Positions 30,599 through 40,061 of a DNA stretch of 64,000 nucleotides are shown here, piece after piece. Each line of letters opens with the position of its first letter. Positions within the stretch are counted from its first letter, which is position 1. The notes beneath the pieces are model-generated. The model made no database searches. It was not told the origin of the DNA and was given only the letters and a program-made list of their open reading frames with translations. The position numbers and the translations under genes were made by a program. Source of the DNA: an uncultured Actinomycetes bacterium (GTDB taxonomy: Bacteria > Actinomycetota > Thermoleophilia > UBA2241); contig CAVPVX010000007.1 of assembly GCA_963709345.1 (NCBI GenBank), forward strand, positions 256,001 to 320,000, written 5' to 3'.

Positions 30599-32770
30599 CT
30601 ACGTCTCGTCCTCGTCGATCGCCGCCTCGCGCGCCTGCGACAGAAACCACTCCTGGGCGTTCAGCGGGTCTTCCCCGTCGGACGGCACGACGTGCGTCCA
30701 GGCTCCGTCGGCGCCCAGCACCCGCGTCTTCTGATTGTCGGCGAGATACGTGGGCAGGATCTCGTCGCGGATCCGCGCCCGGATGCCGGCGTCCTGCACC
30801 GGGAAGATGACCTCCACGCGCCGGTTGAGATTGCGCGGCATGAGGTCGGCGCTCCCCAGGAGCACCTCGTCGTCGCCGCCGTTGCGGAACCAGTACACGC
30901 GGCTGTGCTCGAGAAAGCGCCCGACGACGCTGCGCTCGGTGATCGTCTCGCTGACGCCCGGCACGCCCGGCCGCAGGCAGCACATGCCGCGCACGTTGAG
31001 CTCGATCTTCACGCCCGCCTGCGAGGCTCGGTAGAGCCTGCGGATCATCGGCTTGTCGACCAAGGAGTTCATCTTGAAGATGATGTGCGCCTCTTCCCCG
31101 CGCTCCGCGAACGCGATCTCGCGGTCGATGCGCGCGGCGATGCCCTGACGCAGGTTGATGGGCGCGACCAGCAGCTTGCGATAGTCGGTCGCCTGCCCGC
31201 CGCCGGTGAGGTGATTGAAGACAAGCGTCGCGTCGGCGCCGATGTCGTCGTCGGCGGTGAAGTAGCCGAGGTCGGTGTACTGCTTCGTCGTCACGCTGTT
31301 GTAGTTGCCGGTACCGAGGTGCGTGTAGCGGCGGATCCTCTCGCCCTCGCGGCGCACGACGAGCAGCGACTTGCAGTGCGTCTTGAGGCCGAGAAGGCCG
31401 TAGACCACGTGCGCACCCTCGCGCTCGAGCGCCTTGGCCCAGCCGATGTTGCTCTCCTCGTCGAAGCGCGCCTTGAGCTCGACGAGGACGGCGACCTGCT
31501 TGCCGTTGGCCGCGGCCTCCATGAGCTGCTCGACCGCCGGGGCATTGCGGCCGCAGCGATAGAGCGTCTGCTTGATGGCGAGGACGTCGGGGTCGTCGGC
31601 CGCGGCGCGGAGGAACTCGACCACGGGGTCGAACGAGTCGTAGGGGTGGTGAAGGAGCACGTCGCGCTGGCGGATGGCGGCGAAGATGTCGCTGCCCTCG
31701 AGCCCCTGCAGCGACGGCGGGACGGACTGGACCAGCGGCGGGTACTTGAGATCGGGGCGGTCGATGCTGCCGGCGCCCCACAGGCTGCTGAGCCCGAGCG
31801 GCGACTTGACCGAGTAGACGTCGGTCTCCTCGAGCTCCAGGTTCTCGGCAAGGATGCCGCGCACCCGCTCGGGCATGGTCTCGTCGATCGTGACCCGGAT
31901 GACGGAGCCGAAGCGCCGGCGGCGCACGAACTGCTCGATCGTCTCGAGCAGGTCGTCGGCCTCCAGCTCCTGGATCGCGAGTTCGGCGTCGCGAGTCACG
32001 CGGAAGGCGTGGGACTCGAGCACTTCCATGCCCGGGAACAGAGACGCGAGGTTCGCGGCGATCAGCTGCTCGAGCCAGGTGAACCACTGCGCGTCGGGGC
32101 CTGCGGCGTCCGCCGTCGCGCCCGCGGGGGCCGGCATCGGCACCAGGCGCGGCAGGGTGTCCGGCACCTTGACGCGTGCGAAGTGCTCGTCGCCGTTGGC
32201 GTCGCGCGCGAGGACCCCGAGATTGTGGCTCATGTTCGAGATGTGGGGGAACGGACGCCCCGGGTCGAACGCCAGCGGCGTGAGCACCGGGAACACCTTC
32301 GCCTCGTAGTACCCGTCGAGCGCGGCTCGCTGCGCCTCGTCGAGACTGCCGTAGTCGACGATGTGGATGCCGGCGGCGTCGAGTTCGGGACGGAGCTCGC
32401 TGAAGCACTGGCGCGCCGCCTTCATGATGCCCCACGCCCGCTCCTGGGCGAGGGGCAGCAGCTTCTGCGGCGTGTAGCCGTCGGCCGAGGAGTCGGTGAC
32501 GCCGGCCTCGACCTGCTGGCGCAGGCCGGCGATGCGCACCATGAAGAACTCGCCGAGGATGGACCCGACGATACCGACGAACTTCACCCGCTCAAGCAGC
32601 GGGTTACGGGTGTCGCGAGCCTCATCGAGCACACGCTCGAAGAAGTCGAGCATGCTGAGCTCGCGGTTGATGTACAGCGCCGGGTCGCGAAGATCCGCGT
32701 CGGTCGGCTCCACCGGCAGCGTCGCGTCGACGGAGAACTCCTCCTGCGACGCCGGCGTGGTCTGCTTCAC
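30599..32770 (-). CDS. ppk1: Polyphosphate kinase 1 (start uncertain)
   Basis: NRELS, LHHPYDSF, IKQTLYR, ELKARFDEE, KTHCK, GTGNYN, RFLEHSR, GSADLMPRNLNRRVE. Confidence 0.96.
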   Translation of the reverse strand: MKQTTPASQEEFSVDATLPVEPTDADLRDPALYINRELSMLDFFERVLDEARDTRNPLLERVKFVGIVGSILGEFFMVRIAGLRQQVEAGVTDSSADGYTPQKLLPLAQERAWGIMKAARQCFSELRPELDAAGIHIVDYGSLDEAQRAALDGYYEAKVFPVLTPLAFDPGRPFPHISNMSHNLGVLARDANGDEHFARVKVPDTLPRLVPMPAPAGATADAAGPDAQWFTWLEQLIAANLASLFPGMEVLESHAFRVTRDAELAIQELEADDLLETIEQFVRRRRFGSVIRVTIDETMPERVRGILAENLELEETDVYSVKSPLGLSSLWGAGSIDRPDLKYPPLVQSVPPSLQGLEGSDIFAAIRQRDVLLHHPYDSFDPVVEFLRAAADDPDVLAIKQTLYRCGRNAPAVEQLMEAAANGKQVAVLVELKARFDEESNIGWAKALEREGAHVVYGLLGLKTHCKSLLVVRREGERIRRYTHLGTGNYNSVTTKQYTDLGYFTADDDIGADATLVFNHLTGGGQATDYRKLLVAPINLRQGIAARIDREIAFAERGEEAHIIFKMNSLVDKPMIRRLYRASQAGVKIELNVRGMCCLRPGVPGVSETITERSVVGRFLEHSRVYWFRNGGDDEVLLGSADLMPRNLNRRVEVIFPVQDAGIRARIRDEILPTYLADNQKTRVLGADGAWTHVVPSDGEDPLNAQEWFLSQAREAAIDEDET

Positions 32771-32982
32771 CGCCTGCCGCCCGTGGTGCTCGTCGGCGCG
32801 TGTACGGTCATCGGCCCCCCTCACGGCACTCCTCCTCACTGCCGGAGCGGCATGCGCCCCGGCTCCCGTCGTCCGGAGTTGACAGTATACGCCCCGTTCG
32901 TGGGTTTTCGGCGCGCACCGTACGCGCCGCGGCCGGTGGGACCGTCAGTGCGGTCTCACCGGCCGGCGAAGCGCTCGTGGCT

Positions 32983-33216
32983 TCAGACGAGGTTCTCGAC
33001 CCGGTCGACGCCGGGCACCACGTTCTTGAGGTGCCGCTCGACGCCGTTCGTGAGCGTGAGTTGCGACATGGGGCAGCCTGCGCAGGCGCCCTGGAGGCGT
33101 ACCTGCACGACGCCGTCGTCCAGCACGTCGATGAGCTCGATGTCGCCACCGTCGGCCTGGAGGGCGGGACGGATGTCGCCAAGGGCCTTCTCGACCTGTT
33201 CCTTGATCTCTGTCAT
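32983..33216 (-). CDS. NifU/NfuA-like Fe-S carrier
   Basis: IRPALQADGGDIEL..GACAGCP. Confidence 0.92.
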   Translation of the reverse strand: MTEIKEQVEKALGDIRPALQADGGDIELIDVLDDGVVQVRLQGACAGCPMSQLTLTNGVERHLKNVVPGVDRVENLV

Positions 33217-33224
33217 AGGTGTGT

Positions 33225-33671
33225 TCACCTCCTCGTCGCCTGCCGGCGGCCGGGAGAGGCGGATACACGTCGCCGTGGATCGGCCAGGGCCGCGAACGTC
33301 ACAGCCTGCAGCTCCTCGGTCAGGAGCACTTCGACACCGTGCCAGAAGTCGTGGGTGTCGCACACGTCGCCGGCGCACGGCTCCGCCCGCTGGCGGCAGC
33401 GGCAGAGCAGGATGGGGCCTTCGGCGGCTTCGTAGACCTCGCGCACGGTGATGCGGTCGGCGGGGCGGGCAAGCATGACGCCGCCCTGCTGGCCGCGCTG
33501 CGTGCGCACCAGGCCGGCACGCGCCAGATCGCCGATGACCTTCGCGAGGCGCGGCACGGGGATGTGCTGCGCAGCGGCGATGTCGCCGGTGTGCAGCACC
33601 GTGCCGAACTCGTACCTGGAGAGCTCGTGGACCGCGCGCACCGCGTAATCCGCTTGCGTGGACAGCTTCAT
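33225..33671 (-). CDS. Rrf2 family transcriptional regulator (Cys-containing)
   Basis: YAVRAV, LARAGLVRTQRGQQGG, VYEAAEG, four Cys in the C-terminal half. Confidence 0.9.
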   Translation of the reverse strand: MKLSTQADYAVRAVHELSRYEFGTVLHTGDIAAAQHIPVPRLAKVIGDLARAGLVRTQRGQQGGVMLARPADRITVREVYEAAEGPILLCRCRQRAEPCAGDVCDTHDFWHGVEVLLTEELQAVTFAALADPRRRVSASPGRRQATRR

Positions 33672-33687
33672 GGTCTCTTTTTACCCG

Positions 33688-33709
33688 AAGTAGAAGAAAA
33701 TATCCACTT
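33688..33709. promoter_or_regulatory. Candidate Rrf2 autoregulatory operator
   Basis: AAGTAGA-N8-TCCACTT imperfect inverted repeat in an AT-rich patch just upstream of the Rrf2 start. Confidence 0.45.
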
Positions 33710-33744
33710 TGACCCGTGGCCGCCTCGCCACAGGCGGCGGGCGG

Positions 33745-34545
33745 TCAGACCTCGTCCCAGGCCCAGAGCAGGTTCTCGCGGTGGACGGCCTCGTACACGG
33801 CGTCGACCGCCGCCGTGCCGGCGGCGTCGAGGAACCGTGCCGGCGACAGGTCGAGCTCGCCGCGCGGGACTCCCCGCGCCTTCTCGGCCGCCACGGCCCT
33901 GTACACGCCAAGGATGTAGCTCTCATTGGCGTCGATGATGGTCTTGTCCATGGCCTTGCCGTGACTGGGAACGACGAGGTCGACGGGCAGCTGCTTGAGT
34001 CGGCGCAGCGTCGTCACCCACTTCTCCATTCCGTCTCGCTGCGCGAAGTTCGGCAGCGGCCACTCGACGGTGTCGCCGCCAAAAAGGATGCGCGCGCGCG
34101 TGAGGAACACCACCAGCGAGTCCTCGCTGTGCCCGGGGGTGTGGATCAGGTGGACCGACTCGTCGCGGTCCGCGTAGGTCAGCCGGTCGCCGAAGGTGAT
34201 CCCCGGCAGCGGCACCCCCTCCGCGGGCGGCAGGCGAACCATCTCGTACGCGCCGTCGAGCTGCGTCTGGATGAGCCGCGGACACACCTGCTGCGCCACG
34301 ATGTCCGCGTGGGCGAACGCCGCGTTGCCGTACACGTGGTCCCAGTGGTGGTGTGTGTTGACCACGACGAGACGGCGGCCGCTCGCGGAGACCGCCAGGA
34401 AGTCCAGGACGGGGCGCATGTCGTCGGGAGTCGTCAGGGTGTCGACGACGAAGGCGCGGCGCTCCGTCAGGATCACTCCGCAGACCGTAGGGAAGCCCTC
34501 GGCCGCGATCGCATGCGTCCAGATGCCCGGCGTCAGTTCCTTCAT
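33745..34545 (-). CDS. MBL-fold metallo-hydrolase
   Basis: NTHHHWDHVYGN, TPGHSED, FGGD, VPSHG. Confidence 0.9.
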   Translation of the reverse strand: MKELTPGIWTHAIAAEGFPTVCGVILTERRAFVVDTLTTPDDMRPVLDFLAVSASGRRLVVVNTHHHWDHVYGNAAFAHADIVAQQVCPRLIQTQLDGAYEMVRLPPAEGVPLPGITFGDRLTYADRDESVHLIHTPGHSEDSLVVFLTRARILFGGDTVEWPLPNFAQRDGMEKWVTTLRRLKQLPVDLVVPSHGKAMDKTIIDANESYILGVYRAVAAEKARGVPRGELDLSPARFLDAAGTAAVDAVYEAVHRENLLWAWDEV

Positions 34546-34590
34546 CTCGCGTCCCGTCTGTCTGCGGCTGCGTTGCCCCGCCGGGGCCGG

Positions 34591-35814
34591 TCAGCCGACC
34601 TCGTGGATGCTCTCGGGCGCCAGCGTCAGGCGCTCCGGGGCGCTCCCGGTCACGACCCATGTGTTCTCGATACCCACCGCCCCCAGCCCGGGCAGCACGA
34701 ACTTCGGTTCGAGCGCGAACACCATACCCTCCTCGAGTTCGAGCGCGCTGCCCGTGAGGACGGGGAGCTCGTCGAGCTCGATGCCGAGGCCGTGGCCCAC
34801 GTACGGCACCTGGCCTGCGCCGGAGCCCATGAACCGCTCCGCAAGACCCGCCTCCGCGGCGGCGGCCACCGCCGCCTCCCAGACCGCGCGGCACGCCGCC
34901 CCGGGGCGCGCCGCGCCCACCGCCGCCGCCTGGACGGCGAGCGCCGCGTCGTGCGCCCGGCGCAGAGGCGCCGGCAGCGGGCCGATGGAGAAGGTGCGCG
35001 TGAAGTCGGCCATGTAGCCGTCGCGCACGGGGACGAAGTCGAAGACGATGGGCTCGCCGCGGCCGATGCGCCTGAAGCTCGCTCCTTGCGCTACGGAAGG
35101 GCTGAGGCCGGTGCCGGCGAGCGGTGTGTCCAGGTAGCTCGGCACGCAGCCGCTGACGCCGGTCAGCAGCTGCCCGTAGAACATCTCCTGATTGAAGCCG
35201 CGCATGCGGATGTAGCCCTCGTGGCCCAGACGGCGCGCCTCGGCCTCGACCCGGCCGGCGAACTCCACCTCCGTGAGGCCTTCGCGCAGGATCCCCGGGA
35301 TCAGGGCGCAGACGTCGTCGGCGACCTTCGCGGCGGCACGGATGCGCGCGACCTCCCAGGCGGACTTGACGGCGCGCCGGCGCACGATGTCGCGGCCGAC
35401 GTCCTCGAATACTGCGTCAGGCAGCAGGCGCTCGATCGCACGAAAGCGACTCACGGGCAGCACATCGAGCTCCAGCCCGACTCGCGCGGGCAGGTTCCCG
35501 TAGCGTTCCCTCAGAGCGTCGGGCAGCGCCTTTGGCGAGGCCGCTTCGACGATGCCGCCGAGCGCCGACTCGAGCCGCGCGCGCTCCGCCACCTTGCGCA
35601 CGAAGAGCGTCGCGTCGCCGACGGCCGGCACGTAGAGGTGCCCCTGCTGGATCGTGCCGGCGTAGTAGTACAGGTCGGCGTTCTGCACGATGACGGCCGC
35701 GTCCAGCCCGCGAGCGGCGAGCACGGTCTGGAGGTCCGCCAGTCGGGCCGCCAGCTCAGCCGCGGGGACCAGCGTTGCCGCGGGTTCGACGTAGCGCAGT
35801 TCGTCGCTGGTCAC
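34591..35814 (-). CDS. Xaa-Pro peptidase (M24 family)
   Basis: RAVKSAWE, DFTRT, GHGLGIELDE, FALEPK, GIENT. Confidence 0.9.
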   Translation of the reverse strand: MTSDELRYVEPAATLVPAAELAARLADLQTVLAARGLDAAVIVQNADLYYYAGTIQQGHLYVPAVGDATLFVRKVAERARLESALGGIVEAASPKALPDALRERYGNLPARVGLELDVLPVSRFRAIERLLPDAVFEDVGRDIVRRRAVKSAWEVARIRAAAKVADDVCALIPGILREGLTEVEFAGRVEAEARRLGHEGYIRMRGFNQEMFYGQLLTGVSGCVPSYLDTPLAGTGLSPSVAQGASFRRIGRGEPIVFDFVPVRDGYMADFTRTFSIGPLPAPLRRAHDAALAVQAAAVGAARPGAACRAVWEAAVAAAAEAGLAERFMGSGAGQVPYVGHGLGIELDELPVLTGSALELEEGMVFALEPKFVLPGLGAVGIENTWVVTGSAPERLTLAPESIHEVG

Positions 35815-35827
35815 GAGACCGCCGCCG

Positions 35828-36805
35828 CTAGAGGACGAAGGACGTGACCCGCCACCACGCGACCGCGACGAGCACGAGGGCGATGCCGACGATGGCCAGG
35901 GTGTCGCCCGTGCCGAACCTGGCGCGCGGGTCCTTGCGGCCGCCGAGCATGAGCGCGTACATCGTCGCGGCGCCCACCAGCAGTCCGCCGATGTGCGCCT
36001 GCCAGGAGATCCGACCGGCCGAGAAGGTGAACACGAGGTTGATCACGAGCAGGAACACGACGTTGTTGAGCAGGGCGCGCGACTGGAAGTCGCGGCCGCG
36101 ATTGAGGAACGCGTGCACGGCGAGCGCGCCGAAGATGCCGAAGATCGCCCCGGAGGCGCCGACGACGAGGGAGTTCGCCGGCGCCGCCACGAGGACGAGC
36201 ACCGAGCCCGCGAACCCCGAGAGGAAGTAGAGGATGACGAACTTGACGCGCCCGACCGCCGCCTCCACGAACCCGCCGATCGCCCACAGCGCCCACATGT
36301 TGAAGGCGAGATGCAGGATGCCGTCGTGGAGGAACATGGAGGTGAAAAGACGCCAGTACTCATGATCGACCAGTACGTACGGGATGTACAACGCCCCGAT
36401 ATCGGCCATCGCCTGGCCGGAGCCGCCCCCCATGATGCGCGAGGCGCCGGTGACGAGCTCGACGACGAACATGATGAAGTTGAGCGCCAGGAGGATCTTG
36501 GTCGCCGACCAGCCGGCCGGCGCGCCGACGCCCCCCGAACTCCAGCGCGAACGGATCTGGCCGCGCGTGATGACCGTGGGGCGCGTGCCCCCCGCGTTCT
36601 GCTGCCGCATGCAGTCCGGGCAGCGGAAGCCGACGGGCGCCGGGATCATGCACTCGTGGCAGATGGGGTTACCGCAGTTCGTGCACGACACGCCGGTCTC
36701 GCGGTCGGGGTGCCGGTAGCAGTACCGGACCTCGAGGTCGCCGGGCATCTGCGTGTCGAAGTCCGGGGGCAGGTCGCCGCCGGCCGGTCGCAGAGGGCTG
36801 CTCAC
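35828..36805 (-). CDS. Rhomboid intramembrane protease with N-terminal Cys/His zinc finger
   Basis: CYRHP..CTNC..CHEC..CPDC; WRLFTSMFLH, HLAFNM, GASG, AHIGG. Confidence 0.92.
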   Translation of the reverse strand: MSSPLRPAGGDLPPDFDTQMPGDLEVRYCYRHPDRETGVSCTNCGNPICHECMIPAPVGFRCPDCMRQQNAGGTRPTVITRGQIRSRWSSGGVGAPAGWSATKILLALNFIMFVVELVTGASRIMGGGSGQAMADIGALYIPYVLVDHEYWRLFTSMFLHDGILHLAFNMWALWAIGGFVEAAVGRVKFVILYFLSGFAGSVLVLVAAPANSLVVGASGAIFGIFGALAVHAFLNRGRDFQSRALLNNVVFLLVINLVFTFSAGRISWQAHIGGLLVGAATMYALMLGGRKDPRARFGTGDTLAIVGIALVLVAVAWWRVTSFVL

Positions 36806-37248
36806 GCCGGCGCTCCCGCAACGTCGGGGAGGCGCGCGAAGAGGTCGCGCAGCCATGCCGGCATGGCGATGGCGCGGCCCGTCTCGCGCTCGCACACCGC
36901 GAGCCGCGTGAAGCCGGTTACGAGCAGCAGGCCGTCGTCGCGCGTGACCTCGTAGTCGAAGGCGAAGGAAGCCGGGCCGACGGAGTCCAGGCCGGCCGAG
37001 ACGGTGAGGAGATCGTCGAGGCGCGCGGGGCGCAGGTACTTGAGCCGCGCCTCGACGACCGGCAGCAGGAGGCCGCGTGCCTCGATGTCGGTGATGGGGT
37101 GGCCGAGCGCGCGGAGAAGCTCCACGCGCACGACCTCGAAATAGGTGAGGTAGTTGCCGTAGTAGACGACGCCGGCGGCGTCGGTCTCGGCGTAGCGCAC
37201 GCGCACGCGCGTCGCGAATCGGGGCTGTGACGGCTGCGGCGTGCTCAC
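36802..37248 (-). CDS. Acyl-CoA thioesterase (YbgC/FadM hotdog family)
   Basis: VRYAETDAAGVVYYGNYL..FEVVR. Confidence 0.9.
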   Translation of the reverse strand: MSTPQPSQPRFATRVRVRYAETDAAGVVYYGNYLTYFEVVRVELLRALGHPITDIEARGLLLPVVEARLKYLRPARLDDLLTVSAGLDSVGPASFAFDYEVTRDDGLLLVTGFTRLAVCERETGRAIAMPAWLRDLFARLPDVAGAPA

Positions 37249-37332
37249 GCCCCCGAGTGTAGCACGGCGCCGGGGACGGTACGCACCACCGGCCCCGCGC
37301 TCCCCGCCTCGCCGGCCGCGGCCCCGGACGGC

Positions 37333-37366
37333 GGGAGGGCGGGGCGCCGAAGCGCCCCGCCCTCCC
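37333..37366 (-). terminator. Hairpin after aminotransferase
   Basis: gggagggcggggcgc-cgaa-gcgccccgccctccc. Confidence 0.65.
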
Positions 37367-37391
37367 GGACGGACCAGCCTGAGGCCTGGGA

Positions 37392-38666
37392 TCAGGCGAA
37401 CGCCACCTTGGCGGCCTCGTCGAAGATCCCGAGTGCGACGTCCATGTCCGCGTCGCTGATGTTGAGCTGCGGGAGGAAGCGCACGCAGTTGCCGAAGGCG
37501 CCGGCGCCCATGAGGATGAGCTTGCGCTTGCTGCACTCGGCGATGAAGGCCTTGGACGCCGCGGCGTTGGGCTCTTTGGTGCCGGGGTTGACGCACTCGA
37601 TGGCGGCCATGAGGCCCTTGCCGCGCACCTCGCCGATGCACGGGTACTGCGCCTGCTTGTCACGGAAGAAGCCCATGAGCTTCTCGCCCTGCTTGGCGGC
37701 GTTCGCCAGCGTGCCGTCTTCTTTCATCGCGGCGATGGTGGCGACGGCGGCGGCGCACGCCACGGCGTTACCGCCGTAGGTGCCGCCCATTGAACCGGGC
37801 AGGCACTTGTCCCAGAGCTCGTGGCCGGCGGCGATGGCGCCCAGCGGGTAGCCCGAGGCGATGCCCTTGGCGACGGTGACGATGTCCGGCCTCACGCCGT
37901 AGTGCTCGTGGCAGAACCAGGCGCCGGTGCGGCCCATGCCGGCCTGGATCTCGTCGATGACAAGGCAGGCGCCGATCTCGTCGGCGATGAGGCGCAGCTC
38001 CTGCATGAACTCCTTGGTCGGGACGATGAAGCCGCCCTCGCCCTGGATCGGCTCGACGATGATCGCGGCCACATCGTCGCCGTAGATCTCGGCGCGCAGC
38101 ACGCGGCGCACGTCCTCGATCGCGTACGCGGTCGGGTCTTCGCTGGCGGGAGTGCGGAACGGATAGCAGTACCGCGCGTGGTAGATGCCGCCGACAAGAG
38201 GCTCGTGGTGGCCGCGGTAGTGCACCGCCGAGTCGGTGAGCGCCATGGTGAGGTGTGTGCGGCCGTGGAAGGCGCCTTGGAACGCGATGACGCCCGGCCG
38301 GCGCGTGACCTGCTTGGCCAGCTTGATCGCGTTCTCGACCGCCTCGGCGCCCGAGTTGGCGAACATGACCTCGCCCATGCCGTCCGGCAGGATCTCGACG
38401 AGGTCCTTGGCCAGCTCGAGCATCGGGCCGTGGCGGTAGATGTTCATCTGCGCGTGCGGCACCTTCGCCGCCTGCTCCTGCACCGCTTTGACGACCTTGG
38501 GGTGGCAGTGGCCGGTGTTGACCACGGCGATGCCCATGACGAAGTCGAGCCACTTGCTGCCGTCCGTGGCGTAGACCCAACTGCCTTCGGCGTGATCGAT
38601 CGTGATCGGCGCGACCGGACCGAGGAAGTGGGGCATGTGTTCCATGTGCGCGGGCTTGTCCGACAT
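37392..38666 (-). CDS. Class III PLP aminotransferase (4-aminobutyrate aminotransferase-like)
   Basis: NSGAEAVENA, AFHGRT, EPIQGEGG, DEIQAGMGRTG, AKGIASG, GTYGGN. Confidence 0.92.
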   Translation of the reverse strand: MSDKPAHMEHMPHFLGPVAPITIDHAEGSWVYATDGSKWLDFVMGIAVVNTGHCHPKVVKAVQEQAAKVPHAQMNIYRHGPMLELAKDLVEILPDGMGEVMFANSGAEAVENAIKLAKQVTRRPGVIAFQGAFHGRTHLTMALTDSAVHYRGHHEPLVGGIYHARYCYPFRTPASEDPTAYAIEDVRRVLRAEIYGDDVAAIIVEPIQGEGGFIVPTKEFMQELRLIADEIGACLVIDEIQAGMGRTGAWFCHEHYGVRPDIVTVAKGIASGYPLGAIAAGHELWDKCLPGSMGGTYGGNAVACAAAVATIAAMKEDGTLANAAKQGEKLMGFFRDKQAQYPCIGEVRGKGLMAAIECVNPGTKEPNAAASKAFIAECSKRKLILMGAGAFGNCVRFLPQLNISDADMDVALGIFDEAAKVAFA

Positions 38667-38915
38667 GTAGTGACCTCCAGCTCAGACCGTACTTCTACCA
38701 AGACGTGACGGCCCGGCGACGGGCGCCGGCCCAGCGAGAGACGCGCGACGCAGCCGACGGGAACAGGCCGCTCGAACCCCATGGCTCGCTGCGCTCACTG
38801 TACCAGAGCCAGAAGGGCTCACACGCTCCAATGCACCACGTGCGGGACACGATGTCCGCGTTTCCTTTGGACAACATGTCCAATGCGCGACTCTGTTGAC
38901 TTGTGCGCGAGTGTG

Positions 38916-38944
38916 TTGACAGGGACGCTTCGAGGCGAGAGAAT
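38916..38944 (+). promoter_or_regulatory. sigma-70-type promoter of the rex/hydrogenase operon
   Basis: TTGACA-N17-GAGAAT. Confidence 0.65.
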
Positions 38945-38961
38945 CGTGACGGAATTCACAG
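38944..38961. promoter_or_regulatory. Candidate Rex operator 1
   Basis: TCGTGAC-GGAA-TTCACAG versus consensus TTGTGAA-N4-TTCACAA; abuts the -10 box. Confidence 0.65.
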
Positions 38962-39017
38962 CGTTCCTTCTGTAACGGCGCCCGCGCCGCGAGACCACGA
39001 GCATCCCGGGAGCCCAC

Positions 39018-40058
39018 GTGGTATCGAGAAAGACCGTGTCACGCATGAGTCGCTACCGGCGGCTGCTCACCTCGCTGCGCCAGAGCGGCGTGGAGAGCAT
39101 CTACTCTCACCAGCTCGCGAGACACGCCGTCGTCAGCGCCGCCCAGGTGCGCCGTGACCTCATGGCCATCGGGTACTCCGGCAGTCCCAACAAGGGCTAC
39201 GACGTCGACGCCTGCATCGACAGCATCGGCTGCTTCCTCGACGGCACCGGGCGACAGGAAGTCGCGCTGGTCGGGGTCGGCAACCTCGGGCGCGCCGTGC
39301 TCGCCCATTTTGCCGGGAAGAGCCCTGCGGTGGCTATCGTGGCCGCCTTCGACGTCGACCCGGCGCTCACGGACACGGTCATCCACGGCGTGCGCTGCTT
39401 CGACGCCTCGCGCATCGAGACGCTCGTGCGCGACCTCTGCACAGAGATCGCCGTGCTCACCGTGCCCGGCGAGAGCGCCCAGCAGGTCGCCGACACGCTC
39501 GTCCTCGCCGGGGTCAAGAGCCTCATCAGTTTCGCCCCGGTTCCCCTGCATCTACCCAACGAAGTCTTCGTCGAGTACATGGACATCACCGCGGCGCTTG
39601 AATCGGCTGCGTACTTCGCCCGGCTGGGCGGGCGCGAGGAACCGCCCACGAACGGCGACGGCGACATCGAACCCATGGTCAAGAAGCTCGAATCCCTTCT
39701 GGCGAGGTCACGGATGAAACTGGAAGATCTGGCCCGCGGTATCGGAGCCGTCATCATCACCCCCGGGAAGCCGGGCGGCACCACGGTCGCGAAGATCTAC
39801 GCGGGCGACCGGGTCAGCGACCTGCTGAACGAGGCGTCAGACGAGACGCTCCTCGTCAGCAACCTCGCGAGCGTCCAGATGCTGCGCGTCGCGGAGCTCA
39901 TGGACGTGCCCGGCATCTGCTTCGTCAACGGCGTAGAACCGGACGACGAGATGGTCCAGCTCGCCAGGGAGAACGCCACGCTCCTCATGGTGTCGCCGCA
40001 GGGTGTGTTCGAGACCTGCGGCCTCATCTACCAGCACCTCGGCGGAGACCTCGCCTGA
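39018..40058 (+). CDS. rex: Redox-sensing repressor Rex fused to C-terminal DRTGG-like domain
   Basis: SRYRR, AAQVRRDL, KGYDV, VGVGNLG, FAPVPL (Rex); YAGDRVSDLL..AELMDVPGICFVNG (DRTGG-like). Confidence 0.88.
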   Translation: MVSRKTVSRMSRYRRLLTSLRQSGVESIYSHQLARHAVVSAAQVRRDLMAIGYSGSPNKGYDVDACIDSIGCFLDGTGRQEVALVGVGNLGRAVLAHFAGKSPAVAIVAAFDVDPALTDTVIHGVRCFDASRIETLVRDLCTEIAVLTVPGESAQQVADTLVLAGVKSLISFAPVPLHLPNEVFVEYMDITAALESAAYFARLGGREEPPTNGDGDIEPMVKKLESLLARSRMKLEDLARGIGAVIITPGKPGGTTVAKIYAGDRVSDLLNEASDETLLVSNLASVQMLRVAELMDVPGICFVNGVEPDDEMVQLARENATLLMVSPQGVFETCGLIYQHLGGDLA

Positions 40059-40061
40059 GCC

